Shown here piece by piece: positions 26,883-37,103 of a stretch of 64,000 nucleotides of DNA. Under the pieces are notes generated by a model that worked only from the letters and a program-made list of their open reading frames with translations, was not told the origin of the DNA and did no database searches. The stretch's first letter is position 1. Every line of letters begins with the position of its first letter. Source of the stretch: a virus. Its lineage: Duplodnaviria > Caudoviricetes. Where the stretch lies: IMG/VR virus record IMGVR_UViG_3300028738_000008; one strand, 5' to 3'. Made by a program: the position numbers and the translations under genes.

Positions 26883-29800
26883 CTATAAAGGTAATGGCGG
26901 TATCGTATTAATGCCGTCTATGATTCCAACGCCTGTTGAAATCGTATATGTTAGGGTAGCAACTCCTTCGCCACTACTTAAATTTTTCGCGCCACGTTCT
27001 AACCCTACAGACGTTATTATTGTTGAAGCCGATGTAATGTTTAAGGTACTTGTATATCCAGTATTTATAAAATTATATCCACTACCCAAATCCGCTTCTC
27101 GGATCATTGTGCCGCCTTTATATAAGGTAGCAGCAACATTAACTGGAAGCACTCCCAACGTCGAGAACCAGAAAGCTCTTGCATCCATTACAATTGTATC
27201 TTCTAAAGGATACAATGTTTTAAAATTTGTTAAATTAATCAATACAGCCTCATAACCGTTTCCTGTATTATCGCCACCCCATGTCAATATTGGAGCACCT
27301 GACGGTGGATAATTCGTTATCGAGCTACCTGACGGTATTCCCCATCCAAGATATTGTTGTTGGGATATTTGACCGATATTTGGAGTTTCCATTCGTGTTC
27401 TTGTATCCAAATCTATACCGTCATTAAATTGGTATGTTAGAACTATGTAATCAGCGTCGAATGTAAATTCGCCGACAACTGTTGAACCTGTTATGACGCA
27501 CCCCATATCATCTGCAATCATTATGGAAATATTTGTCCCACCAGATAAGCCTGTAGCCGTATTACCAGTTAATACACTATTTAAAGTATATTGTCCGTTG
27601 CTCCATATATAATCATAAGGGACAACGCCGCCAGTAACACTCACTGTAGCAGTTCCATCCGTAGAATCTACTGCAGTGGCATTTGTAGATGTAAATACCA
27701 ACGTCATAGGATTACTCAGACACGGATATATTGTGGTCGTAGTGGTCGTAGTTAAATTGTTATCAAGCCAAGCATATGTCGGCAGTGGCTGGAGCTTCTT
27801 TATAATGCTACCATCATCACCTAAATACATTAGATTATCATTAGTTGTAAAATCTGTCGAAGTATCAGTTCCACCATATGTATTTATCTTTCCCATATAA
27901 ACGCCACGTTTGTATGCAAATTTTTGCTTTGTAAACATAGTATTTCTAATAATCATGCCGCTTTTTCTCAATATAATTGTTGGCGATAATAATGTATCTA
28001 TAAACTTATTAAAGAATGCATTATACTTATTCAGGAACGGATATAAGTTTACAAAGGTGTAACCATTTGAGTGCGAAGGGTCATTATCAGGTAATAAGCC
28101 ATTTTTCAAATAATCTAAATACACTTTTAATAACGTTGGATACCATCCGCCTCTACCATCCGTAATAGTTTTTCTGTTCTTAGCGTTTATCAATTTCCTT
28201 TGAGCAATATCTATAAATTCTAAGAATGATAAACTGGATACATTATCAATTCCGAAAATGGTGTATGATTTCAGATAGTATACGCTTAAAACACTGTAAT
28301 TCGGCATCGCCACCGATAGAACAATCTTATAAGGATCAACCAAGTCCAGATAATAATCGCTAACAGGATTCAGACTAATACCATTTATTAACATTTTTAC
28401 TTCATTTGCATTGGCAACTCTGGTATTAAGCATCGCAACATATTTCCCAATATTCACATCATAATATATTTTTGCGTTATCAGTTGTGTTACGATATAAT
28501 AGCTCATTTGTCATATTCAACGTATTTTTTGAAACAACAACAAACGACACCTGTACAATTGGGTCAACTATAAGATATTCGGCAAACACCTCGTTAAGAA
28601 TTATTAACTGTGTAGGGTCTGTCGGATTCAATCTAAAGTCGCCGTCAATACCATTTCCAGCATTAACAAGTTCGATACCATTTACTGTTAGCTGAACATC
28701 ACCATTCGGTGCGGCAGGTAGTTGTATATATGTTCCGTCAAGACTAGCTGATACTCTAGTTGAAACGTATCTCACAAGTAAATCACCTGTAGCCGTACCG
28801 TCAGCATAAATGTATGTGATCTCAATAATGTCATTACTTCCGCTTACAGCGTTATTTAGCGTAATAACATTTCCAGTTAAAGAATAATCAACCTCATACG
28901 ATGTTGTGCCAGTATCGCCGCTTCTATTAGTGCTTAACAGTATTCCATTAAATCTCACTTCAACATCACCCTCTGGGGCATATGGTAAAGTATATGTTGT
29001 CGTCATTGAGCTATGATCCATAGACAAATTAATATAGAAATGCGATTCTATGTTAACATTATTTGCTTTAGCGTAATTGAAGGCGTCGATTTCAATGGCT
29101 TGAGCTATATCAAGACCCACATCAACCTCTTTAGTATTTAGAACTAGTCTACTATCCTCTTGATAATAAGATGGACTTGATTCAGATATTCTTGTTGTAG
29201 CACCTGATTGAACCCATGATTTTTTATTGTCAACGGTTTGATATAAGTCGAAACCAGCTTGTCTAAAGACATTCATATATTCCTGACCACTATCAGTGTT
29301 TCCAGATACTTGAAAATAAAATGCATTCGTTTCTAAAGGTGCTTGCGGATAACCATTTGCGTCATATGGAAATGAATTTGTGGGGTAATCAATTGCTGTT
29401 AAAACGTCCTCAGCTGGATTTATTTTACCATCAACAGTGTAGACATATTCCGTTATATTTATAAATTGCTCTGGAATGCCTATCAGCATAAATATTGACT
29501 TAATTGCATCCCTTGTACCCTTCGACTTCCAATAGTAATTTGTGTTTATAAGTATTCTTCTCCAAACCTCAATATCAATCTCCAAAGGAAGCAAATCTGT
29601 AGATAAGTTTCTCTCGATACCATCTGTGGATAATAAGTTACTCATTAAGTCATTTTCATCGGTAACTGGAAAGTAATCCCATCCGAATGTATTTGCAAGA
29701 TTTGCCACAAATGCATCTGGAACATTATCTTTTTTATCATATGAAATGCTATTAACGTATTGTAGAGAATCTATAAAAATTCTAAGTTGGTCAAACTCAT

Positions 29801-30851
29801 AGCCATAAATTCTTAAAAGCTTTGTGATCTTACTATTCTCAGTTAAGTCATAAGCCTTTAATGATGATGTTGTTAAAAATCTGGCGATTAAATCGGTTTT
29901 TATAACGTCAAATTTGTTACCTATGTTTAGCAATGCTTCCAAGAACTGCTTATACATCATGTTCCCGAAGTCAATATTATAGCCATCGAGTGTGGGCCAT
30001 ATCATTATGCTATTTATATACTCAATTTCTCCGTCATCATTTACCGAAGGATTTTTTATAACGAATCTAAATCCTTTATCAATTCTCTCAGAAATCATAT
30101 ACCTTTCATAATCCCTTAAACCCATTCTAAATTCTTCGAATATTGATGCATTAGGCTTTATGTGAAAATCGAAAGCACCCGTTACAGAGCCATTGGTAAA
30201 TGGAAATGGATTACCCTCAACAGCAATCGATACATAGTTTGTCGTGGCATTATAACCTGTGAAACCCTTTAAAACGTATGCATTATTTGAGTCAAACGAT
30301 GACCATATAACATATTTATCAAAGGATAAATTAATGTTATTCAATTCATTAACACCAAATAGAGTTGTATAGTCGCTATTAAATACCAGATTAAATTTAT
30401 TATCAATAAATGACGCAGGTATTTTAAATGTGGAAGTATTTGTAAAAGAATCATATACGAAATCATAATATGTTGTGTTTCCAGCTATAATCTTATGAGA
30501 ATTAACGTATAAACTGCCTGGAAAACTGGTTATTATATTTTGTATTGCGAATCTAAAATAGTCGTAGGCTGACCCGAATCTAAGGTATTTATTTAAATCC
30601 GACTTTTCTAAATTTAATTTAATCTCATTTGTGCTAGAGTAAATTAAATCTGATTGAGGTTTAGTAATACCCAATGAATTCAAGCTGATTGGCGCAACAA
30701 ATGAGCTTAGTTTATTGACATGATCAACCGATCTTTTATTATCAAAGTTGGTTGTTACATTGAATTTACCAAATGAAAAAATGGTCTCAGAAGTAACGTT
30801 TTTAAAATTACTTCTGCCAATACTGTTTTTAATTACGATTTCTTTAGCCAC
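26883..30851 (-). CDS. large baseplate wedge/tail protein (gp7/P2 gpI-like segment) with SprB-like repeat and Thr tract
   Basis: WRRILINTNYYWKSKGTRDAIKSIF; Ig-like ..RFNGILL.. repeats; TTTTTTT; DGTATVSVTGGVVPYDYIWSNG. GTG start. Confidence 0.6.
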   Translation of the reverse strand: MAKEIVIKNSIGRSNFKNVTSETIFSFGKFNVTTNFDNKRSVDHVNKLSSFVAPISLNSLGITKPQSDLIYSSTNEIKLNLEKSDLNKYLRFGSAYDYFRFAIQNIITSFPGSLYVNSHKIIAGNTTYYDFVYDSFTNTSTFKIPASFIDNKFNLVFNSDYTTLFGVNELNNINLSFDKYVIWSSFDSNNAYVLKGFTGYNATTNYVSIAVEGNPFPFTNGSVTGAFDFHIKPNASIFEEFRMGLRDYERYMISERIDKGFRFVIKNPSVNDDGEIEYINSIMIWPTLDGYNIDFGNMMYKQFLEALLNIGNKFDVIKTDLIARFLTTSSLKAYDLTENSKITKLLRIYGYEFDQLRIFIDSLQYVNSISYDKKDNVPDAFVANLANTFGWDYFPVTDENDLMSNLLSTDGIERNLSTDLLPLEIDIEVWRRILINTNYYWKSKGTRDAIKSIFMLIGIPEQFINITEYVYTVDGKINPAEDVLTAIDYPTNSFPYDANGYPQAPLETNAFYFQVSGNTDSGQEYMNVFRQAGFDLYQTVDNKKSWVQSGATTRISESSPSYYQEDSRLVLNTKEVDVGLDIAQAIEIDAFNYAKANNVNIESHFYINLSMDHSSMTTTYTLPYAPEGDVEVRFNGILLSTNRSGDTGTTSYEVDYSLTGNVITLNNAVSGSNDIIEITYIYADGTATGDLLVRYVSTRVSASLDGTYIQLPAAPNGDVQLTVNGIELVNAGNGIDGDFRLNPTDPTQLIILNEVFAEYLIVDPIVQVSFVVVSKNTLNMTNELLYRNTTDNAKIYYDVNIGKYVAMLNTRVANANEVKMLINGISLNPVSDYYLDLVDPYKIVLSVAMPNYSVLSVYYLKSYTIFGIDNVSSLSFLEFIDIAQRKLINAKNRKTITDGRGGWYPTLLKVYLDYLKNGLLPDNDPSHSNGYTFVNLYPFLNKYNAFFNKFIDTLLSPTIILRKSGMIIRNTMFTKQKFAYKRGVYMGKINTYGGTDTSTDFTTNDNLMYLGDDGSIIKKLQPLPTYAWLDNNLTTTTTTTIYPCLSNPMTLVFTSTNATAVDSTDGTATVSVTGGVVPYDYIWSNGQYTLNSVLTGNTATGLSGGTNISIMIADDMGCVITGSTVVGEFTFDADYIVLTYQFNDGIDLDTRTRMETPNIGQISQQQYLGWGIPSGSSITNYPPSGAPILTWGGDNTGNGYEAVLINLTNFKTLYPLEDTIVMDARAFWFSTLGVLPVNVAATLYKGGTMIREADLGSGYNFINTGYTSTLNITSASTIITSVGLERGAKNLSSGEGVATLTYTISTGVGIIDGINTIPPLPL

Positions 30852-30852
30852 A

Positions 30853-30890
30853 AGTTTTGCTTTTAAATAAATACATAAAAAAGCAAAACT
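30853..30890 (-). promoter_or_regulatory. late promoter in the loop of a 12-bp hairpin abutting the GTG start
   Basis: agttttgctttt (30853-30864) / aaaagcaaaact (30879-30890); taaatac at 30868-30874. Confidence 0.6.
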
Positions 30891-30906
30891 TTATGGCAGG
30901 TATCTC

Positions 30907-31818
30907 TTAAGAATTAGGGTCTTTAGCATTAGCGATTGTTTGAGTAATATCGATATCAGTTCTCTTTTCCTTAACTTCGAATAATTGAGTGCCTGTGATG
31001 CTATCTTTGATCTGGTATACATCATACTGCTCTCTGATCTTTTCATTGCTGTCAAACAACGTTAAAATGCCATTGTCAGCATCTTTTAACTGGTTGCCGA
31101 TTAAAACGTCCGCAAGTGTTTGAACGGTATCCTTTACAAACTCAACCTCAATAGCCAATGGTGTGAAATTAGTATTGGATAGTATTATTTGTTGTGTTGG
31201 TATACCAATAAACGGAAGAACATTTGGCTTAACCTCTGATGCACTGCTTGGAGTTAATTGTAGAAAGATTAGTGATCCAGAATCGTCAAGACGGTATCTA
31301 ATTGCTTTTTGGGATGTATTACCAACATTTTCCTGAACTGGAACAACCTTATTAGATGTTATAACAAATCTAACAACATTGCGCATTTTTGTGTTATCCT
31401 GATTAATATACTCTATTTTATATCCCTGCATAGCATTATTTGATCTTAGCGATTGTGGTAATAGATTTGAATCAAGTATTATTCCTTTGGTCGTTGGCAT
31501 TGCTGATAATACTCCGCAGTCTAAAATGGTTGTTGTATGTCCAGTTGGCTTAATATAAATGGTGTAAAATCCTATCTGATTAAACGTTGTGGCTGGAAGG
31601 GTTAAATTATATAATCCTTCAAGTATATTTTTGTCTGTACCAATTTCAACCAACTGTTCATCAGCTGGCAAATAACAATAGGTTAGAACATCACTAGCTT
31701 TTATATTGATCATTGCTGTGCTGCTAGTCTCTCTATCCTTTGCATAATTATAATAAACGCAAATGTCGTCAATTTTAACGTCTGATGGTCTTACTGTTCC
31801 GACTATACCTATACTCAT
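30907..31818 (-). CDS. putative structural protein (baseplate block)
   Basis: 303 aa, beta-rich; late motif at 31837. Confidence 0.5.
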   Translation of the reverse strand: MSIGIVGTVRPSDVKIDDICVYYNYAKDRETSSTAMINIKASDVLTYCYLPADEQLVEIGTDKNILEGLYNLTLPATTFNQIGFYTIYIKPTGHTTTILDCGVLSAMPTTKGIILDSNLLPQSLRSNNAMQGYKIEYINQDNTKMRNVVRFVITSNKVVPVQENVGNTSQKAIRYRLDDSGSLIFLQLTPSSASEVKPNVLPFIGIPTQQIILSNTNFTPLAIEVEFVKDTVQTLADVLIGNQLKDADNGILTLFDSNEKIREQYDVYQIKDSITGTQLFEVKEKRTDIDITQTIANAKDPNS

Positions 31819-31836
31819 AAATTATTCCTTTTTTAA

Positions 31837-31843
31837 TAAATAC
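31837..31843 (-). promoter_or_regulatory. putative late promoter
   Basis: GTATTTA(TTAAAAAA) before ATG 31818. Confidence 0.5.
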
Positions 31844-31851
31844 GTTAATTA

Positions 31852-32448
31852 TTATATATTGTTGACAATATTAAAGAATCCTCCACCAGCATAGGTCTCT
31901 AATTGTAGAATGCTATCCATGTGTTCAAGTCGAAAAACAGTATCAAAAACACTAATAGCTTGTCTATCGATGAAAATATCCTCAACGAATCGAACGTTTT
32001 CAACCAATCCTACGATTAAATCGTCTTGCAACAATGGTTGATATTGAAAATCTGGAGAAGTATACCCCGTGCCTGTATAATTTGCTGTTGTTGCACTTAA
32101 AGACAAATTATCATTAAACTCAATATCATCAATCCAATAGTTTATATTGGTACTATCGCCAGACACAACACCTGTTCCACCAGTAATTGGACGCATAATA
32201 TATTTTTCATTTAATGTTGTAGCAGATTCTGGTGAGTACCTTGATAATTCCACTAGTCTGGATTGAACAGTAACACCTGAAATATATCTTGTAGAGCCAG
32301 ATATAAAAGCAGGCTCACAATCGGTTAATCCAGATGTTAAACATATTTTTAAATATGTGTCAACCAGATTATACTCCAATGTTGAAACGCCTTGGTCATC
32401 AGTTACAATTTTAGTGGTTCTTAATATTTGTTTCTTAAGTATTTGCAT
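31852..32448 (-). CDS. putative structural protein (baseplate block)
   Basis: 198 aa, coupled to the gp6-like stop codon. Confidence 0.5.
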   Translation of the reverse strand: MQILKKQILRTTKIVTDDQGVSTLEYNLVDTYLKICLTSGLTDCEPAFISGSTRYISGVTVQSRLVELSRYSPESATTLNEKYIMRPITGGTGVVSGDSTNINYWIDDIEFNDNLSLSATTANYTGTGYTSPDFQYQPLLQDDLIVGLVENVRFVEDIFIDRQAISVFDTVFRLEHMDSILQLETYAGGGFFNIVNNI

Positions 32449-34283
32449 TACATGTCAGTTCTTTTTCTCAAATAAACCCTAATATCTTGTTCTGGAAATT
32501 TGATTTCAAACATTGAATCGGGGTCTGAATACACCGTATTATTAACAATAACAATCTCGCCAGTGGAAGTGTCTGAAATTGCTTGTGAAACAGCATTAAC
32601 GGAATAGTTTCCACCAACCTTGTTATATATTTTCAAACCTATAACATTATTAACACCGCTAATTGCAGCTACAATATTGTTTAATTTACCTATGAATATA
32701 TCTTCATTCATATCATGATTATTCACATTGAAGTAGGAGCTAATTGCATTTATAATATTGTTTGCTATTTGATTATCTGAAACCGTATTAACATATACGT
32801 CAATATCAATAGCAATGTTATAAATTCTACCATCTCTAATCTCAATAAAGTCGTTAACCATTCGATAGCCACTTAAATATTCGGCAATGTTCTCTTTTAG
32901 CATCGCATTGCTAGTATTTGACAATTTACTATCAGAACCGACACCTATCATACTAACAATCACCTTATTATTCATTTCGTAAGTGTTAGCTCTAAATGGA
33001 GAACCGAATTTACCCTGCATTTTATATAACTGTACTAAATAGTCTTTCAAAGCAACACATCTATTTTGACTTGAAAAGTTATAGCGAATAAGTTCTCTAA
33101 TCTGATCAATTGATAATCCGTCGTTACCGCCAATAGCTGCTATAGGATTCGTTACTTTTAAGCTACGAGTAACAGCATTATTAAAGTCTTGTCGTGATCC
33201 ATTTGCTTTCAAAGTATATGAACCCAATTGAGTCAGAACATTTGCGCCAATGTTTGAGCTAACGCCTCCACCAGTTCTATATTTTACATATAATGTATAA
33301 TTTTCCTTTAATTTATCACCAAGAGCAGTATTGCTTAGAAAATTATCAAGAAAGCTTTTATTTGTAATGCCGTTTTTGATAAAACCGTTTTTAAAGGTAT
33401 CAACGTCACTATCGCCAGAACCAAAAATAATTTTACAATATCCTGTTGATGTGAACTCCTTAATAAATTTTTTAGAAATATCTATCCATTTACCGCTTTT
33501 TATATCGCCAACTGATACACTGGTATTCTCAACAAATATTTTAGGCTGTGCAAGATAGTCAACCTCATAATATCTAAACATACCCACAGCATCAGCACTG
33601 TTAAATTCATCGTTTGTTGGGTTGGCGGCGTTATTAGTACCCTCCTTAAGTATAATACTTTCAATTTCAAGAATATCCTGATCTGGAAGTGTTATGCTAA
33701 AAAATGGTATAACATCTGAGCTATTTATAACACGTTTAAAAATATTTGAAGAGCCATTTAAAACAACCTCTCTCTTTGTGATACTATAATTTAGAATATT
33801 TCCATTGGCATTATAGTTAGGAATGATTGATCTATTTGGGTCGCCATTATTACTAACTGGTATGCTCCAGTCTATTACATCCTGTGTCTCGAATATCTTT
33901 CCGCCGCCCATAATCTGAGCACCTATCGCCAATGTTGGGTAATATGATGGATCGGGTGCGTCACCCAAGACAGGCACACTAACAGTTAAATCAACAATGG
34001 TTACTGATGGTCTCTTATTTGGAACATTGAAACCAAGATTTTTTGCAATGTCGATCATGGACTTTCTAAGTTGAGCATTTTCAAGAGTTGTTTCCTGATA
34101 AGCCCTATCAATATTCATTGATAAATTGTTATTCACGCCTGCATTAATATCTATTAACATAGAGCCAACGCTTGAATCTGTAAAATCGCTAAGGACTTCT
34201 GGATACTGCTGTTTAATGTATGCGATCAAGTCTGTTTTAATGTCGCCGAACGTTCTGCTAGAATATCTTACAATATTTGTCAT
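32448..34283 (-). CDS. gp6: baseplate wedge protein, T4 gp6-like
   Basis: RTFGDIKTDLIAYIK...SDFTDSSVGSMLID...AQLRKSMIDIAKNLG; YRTGGG..SNIGA; GGNDG.SIDQIR. Confidence 0.8.
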   Translation of the reverse strand: MTNIVRYSSRTFGDIKTDLIAYIKQQYPEVLSDFTDSSVGSMLIDINAGVNNNLSMNIDRAYQETTLENAQLRKSMIDIAKNLGFNVPNKRPSVTIVDLTVSVPVLGDAPDPSYYPTLAIGAQIMGGGKIFETQDVIDWSIPVSNNGDPNRSIIPNYNANGNILNYSITKREVVLNGSSNIFKRVINSSDVIPFFSITLPDQDILEIESIILKEGTNNAANPTNDEFNSADAVGMFRYYEVDYLAQPKIFVENTSVSVGDIKSGKWIDISKKFIKEFTSTGYCKIIFGSGDSDVDTFKNGFIKNGITNKSFLDNFLSNTALGDKLKENYTLYVKYRTGGGVSSNIGANVLTQLGSYTLKANGSRQDFNNAVTRSLKVTNPIAAIGGNDGLSIDQIRELIRYNFSSQNRCVALKDYLVQLYKMQGKFGSPFRANTYEMNNKVIVSMIGVGSDSKLSNTSNAMLKENIAEYLSGYRMVNDFIEIRDGRIYNIAIDIDVYVNTVSDNQIANNIINAISSYFNVNNHDMNEDIFIGKLNNIVAAISGVNNVIGLKIYNKVGGNYSVNAVSQAISDTSTGEIVIVNNTVYSDPDSMFEIKFPEQDIRVYLRKRTDM

Positions 34284-34294
34284 CGTATATTTTA

Positions 34295-34687
34295 TTAAAA
34301 TTTTAATTCAAGTGTGTCCTTCTGAGAAAATGAGTCTTCTGTATAAACAAAATCAATGTTAACTGTTAACTGATTCTCGTCCATAGTTGGATCAGTATCG
34401 CTTCTCGTAAAAGTTACATTTTTTATTGATATGTTTGGAAGATACAATGCCACTGTATTTTTTATATCATTAATCACATCCGAAGAGGTTATTCCATCAT
34501 TTGGTTCAAATATAAATTTCTCTAAATCTGTGCCATAATCAGGCTCATAATATCTCTCGCCCTTTTGGGTTAATAATAGCAACATTAAGTCAGATGTATA
34601 TGCATCCTTTGTCACTTTTGTAAGTTCAAAAAATGTATTTGTAATATTATCATCAACAATAGGAAATTTTATATTATATGTGCCCAT
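34295..34687 (-). CDS. gp25: baseplate wedge protein, gp25/GpW-like
   Basis: LLLLTQKGERYYEPDYGTDL...I..YLPNISI; adjacent to gp6-like. Confidence 0.85.
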   Translation of the reverse strand: MGTYNIKFPIVDDNITNTFFELTKVTKDAYTSDLMLLLLTQKGERYYEPDYGTDLEKFIFEPNDGITSSDVINDIKNTVALYLPNISIKNVTFTRSDTDPTMDENQLTVNIDFVYTEDSFSQKDTLELKF

Positions 34688-34701
34688 TCACTAGTTTTTT
34701 A

Positions 34702-34710
34702 TATAAATAC
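34702..34710 (-). promoter_or_regulatory. putative late promoter
   Basis: GTATTTATA(TAAAAAA), 14 nt before the gp25 ATG. Confidence 0.6.
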
Positions 34711-34717
34711 AAACAAA

Positions 34718-34754
34718 AAAAAATCCTTATCTATAAAATAGATAAGGATTTTTT
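34718..34754. terminator. intrinsic terminator separating early-type genes from the baseplate block
   Basis: aaaaaatccttatctat / atagataaggatttttt: perfect 17-bp inverted repeat. Confidence 0.8.
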
Positions 34755-34773
34755 AATGATATGCGTGTGTGTT

Positions 34774-35238
34774 TTACGCTTTCGGCTTACGACCACGTTT
34801 AATGCCCTTTTCAGCTTTCAACTGTGCTTCTTCATCCCTGATTTTATCAAAGACGCTTTTAACAGATTCCTTAAAGGCAATTACCTGATTGTCACCAAAT
34901 TTCTTTAATACTCCAGTGAATGTTGTGAAGTCTGGTTTGTTTAAAGAAACCACATCTGTATCTGATACAGAAATACCTGCCAAGCATTCATGCAATGCTA
35001 ATTTTTGAAATTCGGGAGTTAGCATATCGAATGCCTTCTCATTAACAACAATGGCGAAATCAACGCCCTCTGATAATAGAACGACCAATTCATTGTTGCG
35101 AACAATTTTAGCCAATTCTTTCTGATTAACATTACAGAGTAATTTAAATACGAGAAATTTTGCTAGAGTGGTTTCATCACGCACTATATCAAATAATTCT
35201 TCTAATTCATCACTAGCTTTTTCAAAATGTGTTGCCAT
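34774..35238 (-). CDS. phage metallopeptidase-like protein with incomplete HExxH
   Basis: FAIVVNE.AFD.L...QKLALHECLAGI...KPDFTTFTGVLKKFG. Confidence 0.45.
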   Translation of the reverse strand: MATHFEKASDELEELFDIVRDETTLAKFLVFKLLCNVNQKELAKIVRNNELVVLLSEGVDFAIVVNEKAFDMLTPEFQKLALHECLAGISVSDTDVVSLNKPDFTTFTGVLKKFGDNQVIAFKESVKSVFDKIRDEEAQLKAEKGIKRGRKPKA

Positions 35239-35270
35239 ACTAATATATTTTTAATTAAAATTTAACAGTA

Positions 35271-35301
35271 CAAAAGTAGGTAATATTTTGAATAAATCAA
35301 A
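35271..35301 (-). promoter_or_regulatory. Bacteroidota-type primary-sigma promoter
   Basis: Minus strand reads TTTG-N19-TACTTTTG. Confidence 0.65.
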
Positions 35302-35746
35302 GCAAATTTTCGTATTTCTTTTTTATTTCCGCAATTGATTCCTTATATTCAGCTCCAACGCCTTCCAAATCAGATGTTAACGTTTCGATAAACACTAATA
35401 AATCTTTTGTTAGTGTTTTAACACTGATCTTGGCAGCATCAATGGCTTCGATTTCATTTGTTAAATCTTCATCCAATTGAAATGCCTGTGCTAACTTAGC
35501 CAACACAGCATCAGCTGCTTCAAGCTTCTTAATTTCATCAGCATATGCTGCATTCTGAGCATCAGCAACCACTTTTTCAACTGGTGCTATTTTGCTATTA
35601 ATTACTTCAAGTCTTTCACGAATAGCGTCAAGTCTACCCATTTTGCTTTCAGCCAATTCGGAGATTTTGTTGATATTCGCAGCACCTTCTGAATTGAAGT
35701 CGCCATTATCTAAAGACTCCTTCAAATTGTTTAAAAAATCGCTCAT
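35297..35746 (-). CDS. coiled-coil hypothetical protein
   Basis: 149 aa, Ala/Glu/Leu-rich. Confidence 0.6.
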   Translation of the reverse strand: MSDFLNNLKESLDNGDFNSEGAANINKISELAESKMGRLDAIRERLEVINSKIAPVEKVVADAQNAAYADEIKKLEAADAVLAKLAQAFQLDEDLTNEIEAIDAAKISVKTLTKDLLVFIETLTSDLEGVGAEYKESIAEIKKKYENLL

Positions 35747-35751
35747 AATGT

Positions 35752-36192
35752 TTACTGTATGAAATTACTTAAAATCGCAACGGCGTCATAATTCAGTTCA
35801 ACATTAGGACATAACGACATATTAATGTTGTTAACCTTAATGTCACTCTCCATTTCAAGAAACTTTATATACTCTGCATAAAGAACTGCGTGCTTCTCTT
35901 TATCGGCTTCTGTCAATTCCTTATATCCGATCATAAAGACATTGTTAAGATTCGTTTTCTCTTCTTCGGTCATGTCAACCAATTTTTCATTTGCTATTTC
36001 AAATGCTTTTTTCTCGATCTCTTTCAAATCGGCAGACACGCTGTCGTCAATCAGCTTAATTTCGCTGGTTAGAATTTTCTCGATCTTATTCAATTCCATG
36101 TTAAAATAGGTATTAACTATTTTACTTTCTCTTACGATTCCTTTTAGAACCTCAAAATCCCTGCCCAATCGCTGTACTTCTGAATACTTCAT
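35752..36192 (-). CDS. hypothetical protein
   Basis: 146 aa. Confidence 0.6.
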   Translation of the reverse strand: MKYSEVQRLGRDFEVLKGIVRESKIVNTYFNMELNKIEKILTSEIKLIDDSVSADLKEIEKKAFEIANEKLVDMTEEEKTNLNNVFMIGYKELTEADKEKHAVLYAEYIKFLEMESDIKVNNINMSLCPNVELNYDAVAILSNFIQ

Positions 36193-36202
36193 AATTGTTT
36201 TT

Positions 36203-37093
36203 TTATTTTACTTCGCCTATTTCTTTAGCCATGAACTTATAAACCTCGAAAGTATCATCGCCATTTTTATCCTTTATTATTATTCTTTTTACAAAATTTT
36301 GAATATTATATCCAATTAATTTGCCATAAGTATCTTTAATGAAAACCTGATCAATACCTATAATTTCCTTTAAAATTTTAGAATCATCTGGCAGACTACT
36401 AGTTTTATACTTAATCGGAATGAAAAACTCAAGTCTAAATAGTTCAGTTCCAACTATTTTTACATGTAATACCTCAGACAATTGTTCTATTTTATTAACT
36501 GAATCATTTTCTCGAAGGCATTTGATTGGAAACTCCAATTGCTTTGACATTGATACTGAGTCGTTTAAAACAAACTTATCCTCAATCTCTGTCATAATAT
36601 TAACAGCCTTGGCGAACCCTATTTCAATGGGTGTATTATTGAAGATGTGAACTATTTCATAGTCATCATCGTCAGTTTTTCGTTCCTTATATTCATTGTT
36701 AATAACTTCACCAACTGTTTTACCAGCATTTTTACTTTTTTCATCGAAGAAACCATAATGCTCATATGAACGACCCCATTTGTCTTTCTTACCATAATTC
36801 ATTCCATGACGGTCTGTGGCTGCTGCCATCTTATGTGCTGTGGCGTTTCGCATAAACTTATCGCCCTCTTTAAGAATCTCGTAATACTCCTGAGTATATT
36901 TTTCATCTTCCTTTCCAGCATAAAACGATTCCAAGGTGTTATTTCTATGTCGATGCCTCTGAATTTTCTTATCCTTTTCAGAACCAGCATGATTAATAGA
37001 CTTGAAGATTAGCTCGTCAGCATAACTTAATGCCATGCCGATTCTAATTGCAATGCTATACGATAAATTCTTAATATATTTTGATACAGACAT
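36203..37093 (-). CDS. hypothetical protein
   Basis: 296 aa; no recognised motif. Confidence 0.6.
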   Translation of the reverse strand: MSVSKYIKNLSYSIAIRIGMALSYADELIFKSINHAGSEKDKKIQRHRHRNNTLESFYAGKEDEKYTQEYYEILKEGDKFMRNATAHKMAAATDRHGMNYGKKDKWGRSYEHYGFFDEKSKNAGKTVGEVINNEYKERKTDDDDYEIVHIFNNTPIEIGFAKAVNIMTEIEDKFVLNDSVSMSKQLEFPIKCLRENDSVNKIEQLSEVLHVKIVGTELFRLEFFIPIKYKTSSLPDDSKILKEIIGIDQVFIKDTYGKLIGYNIQNFVKRIIIKDKNGDDTFEVYKFMAKEIGEVK

Positions 37094-37103
37094 TATTTGA
37101 TAG

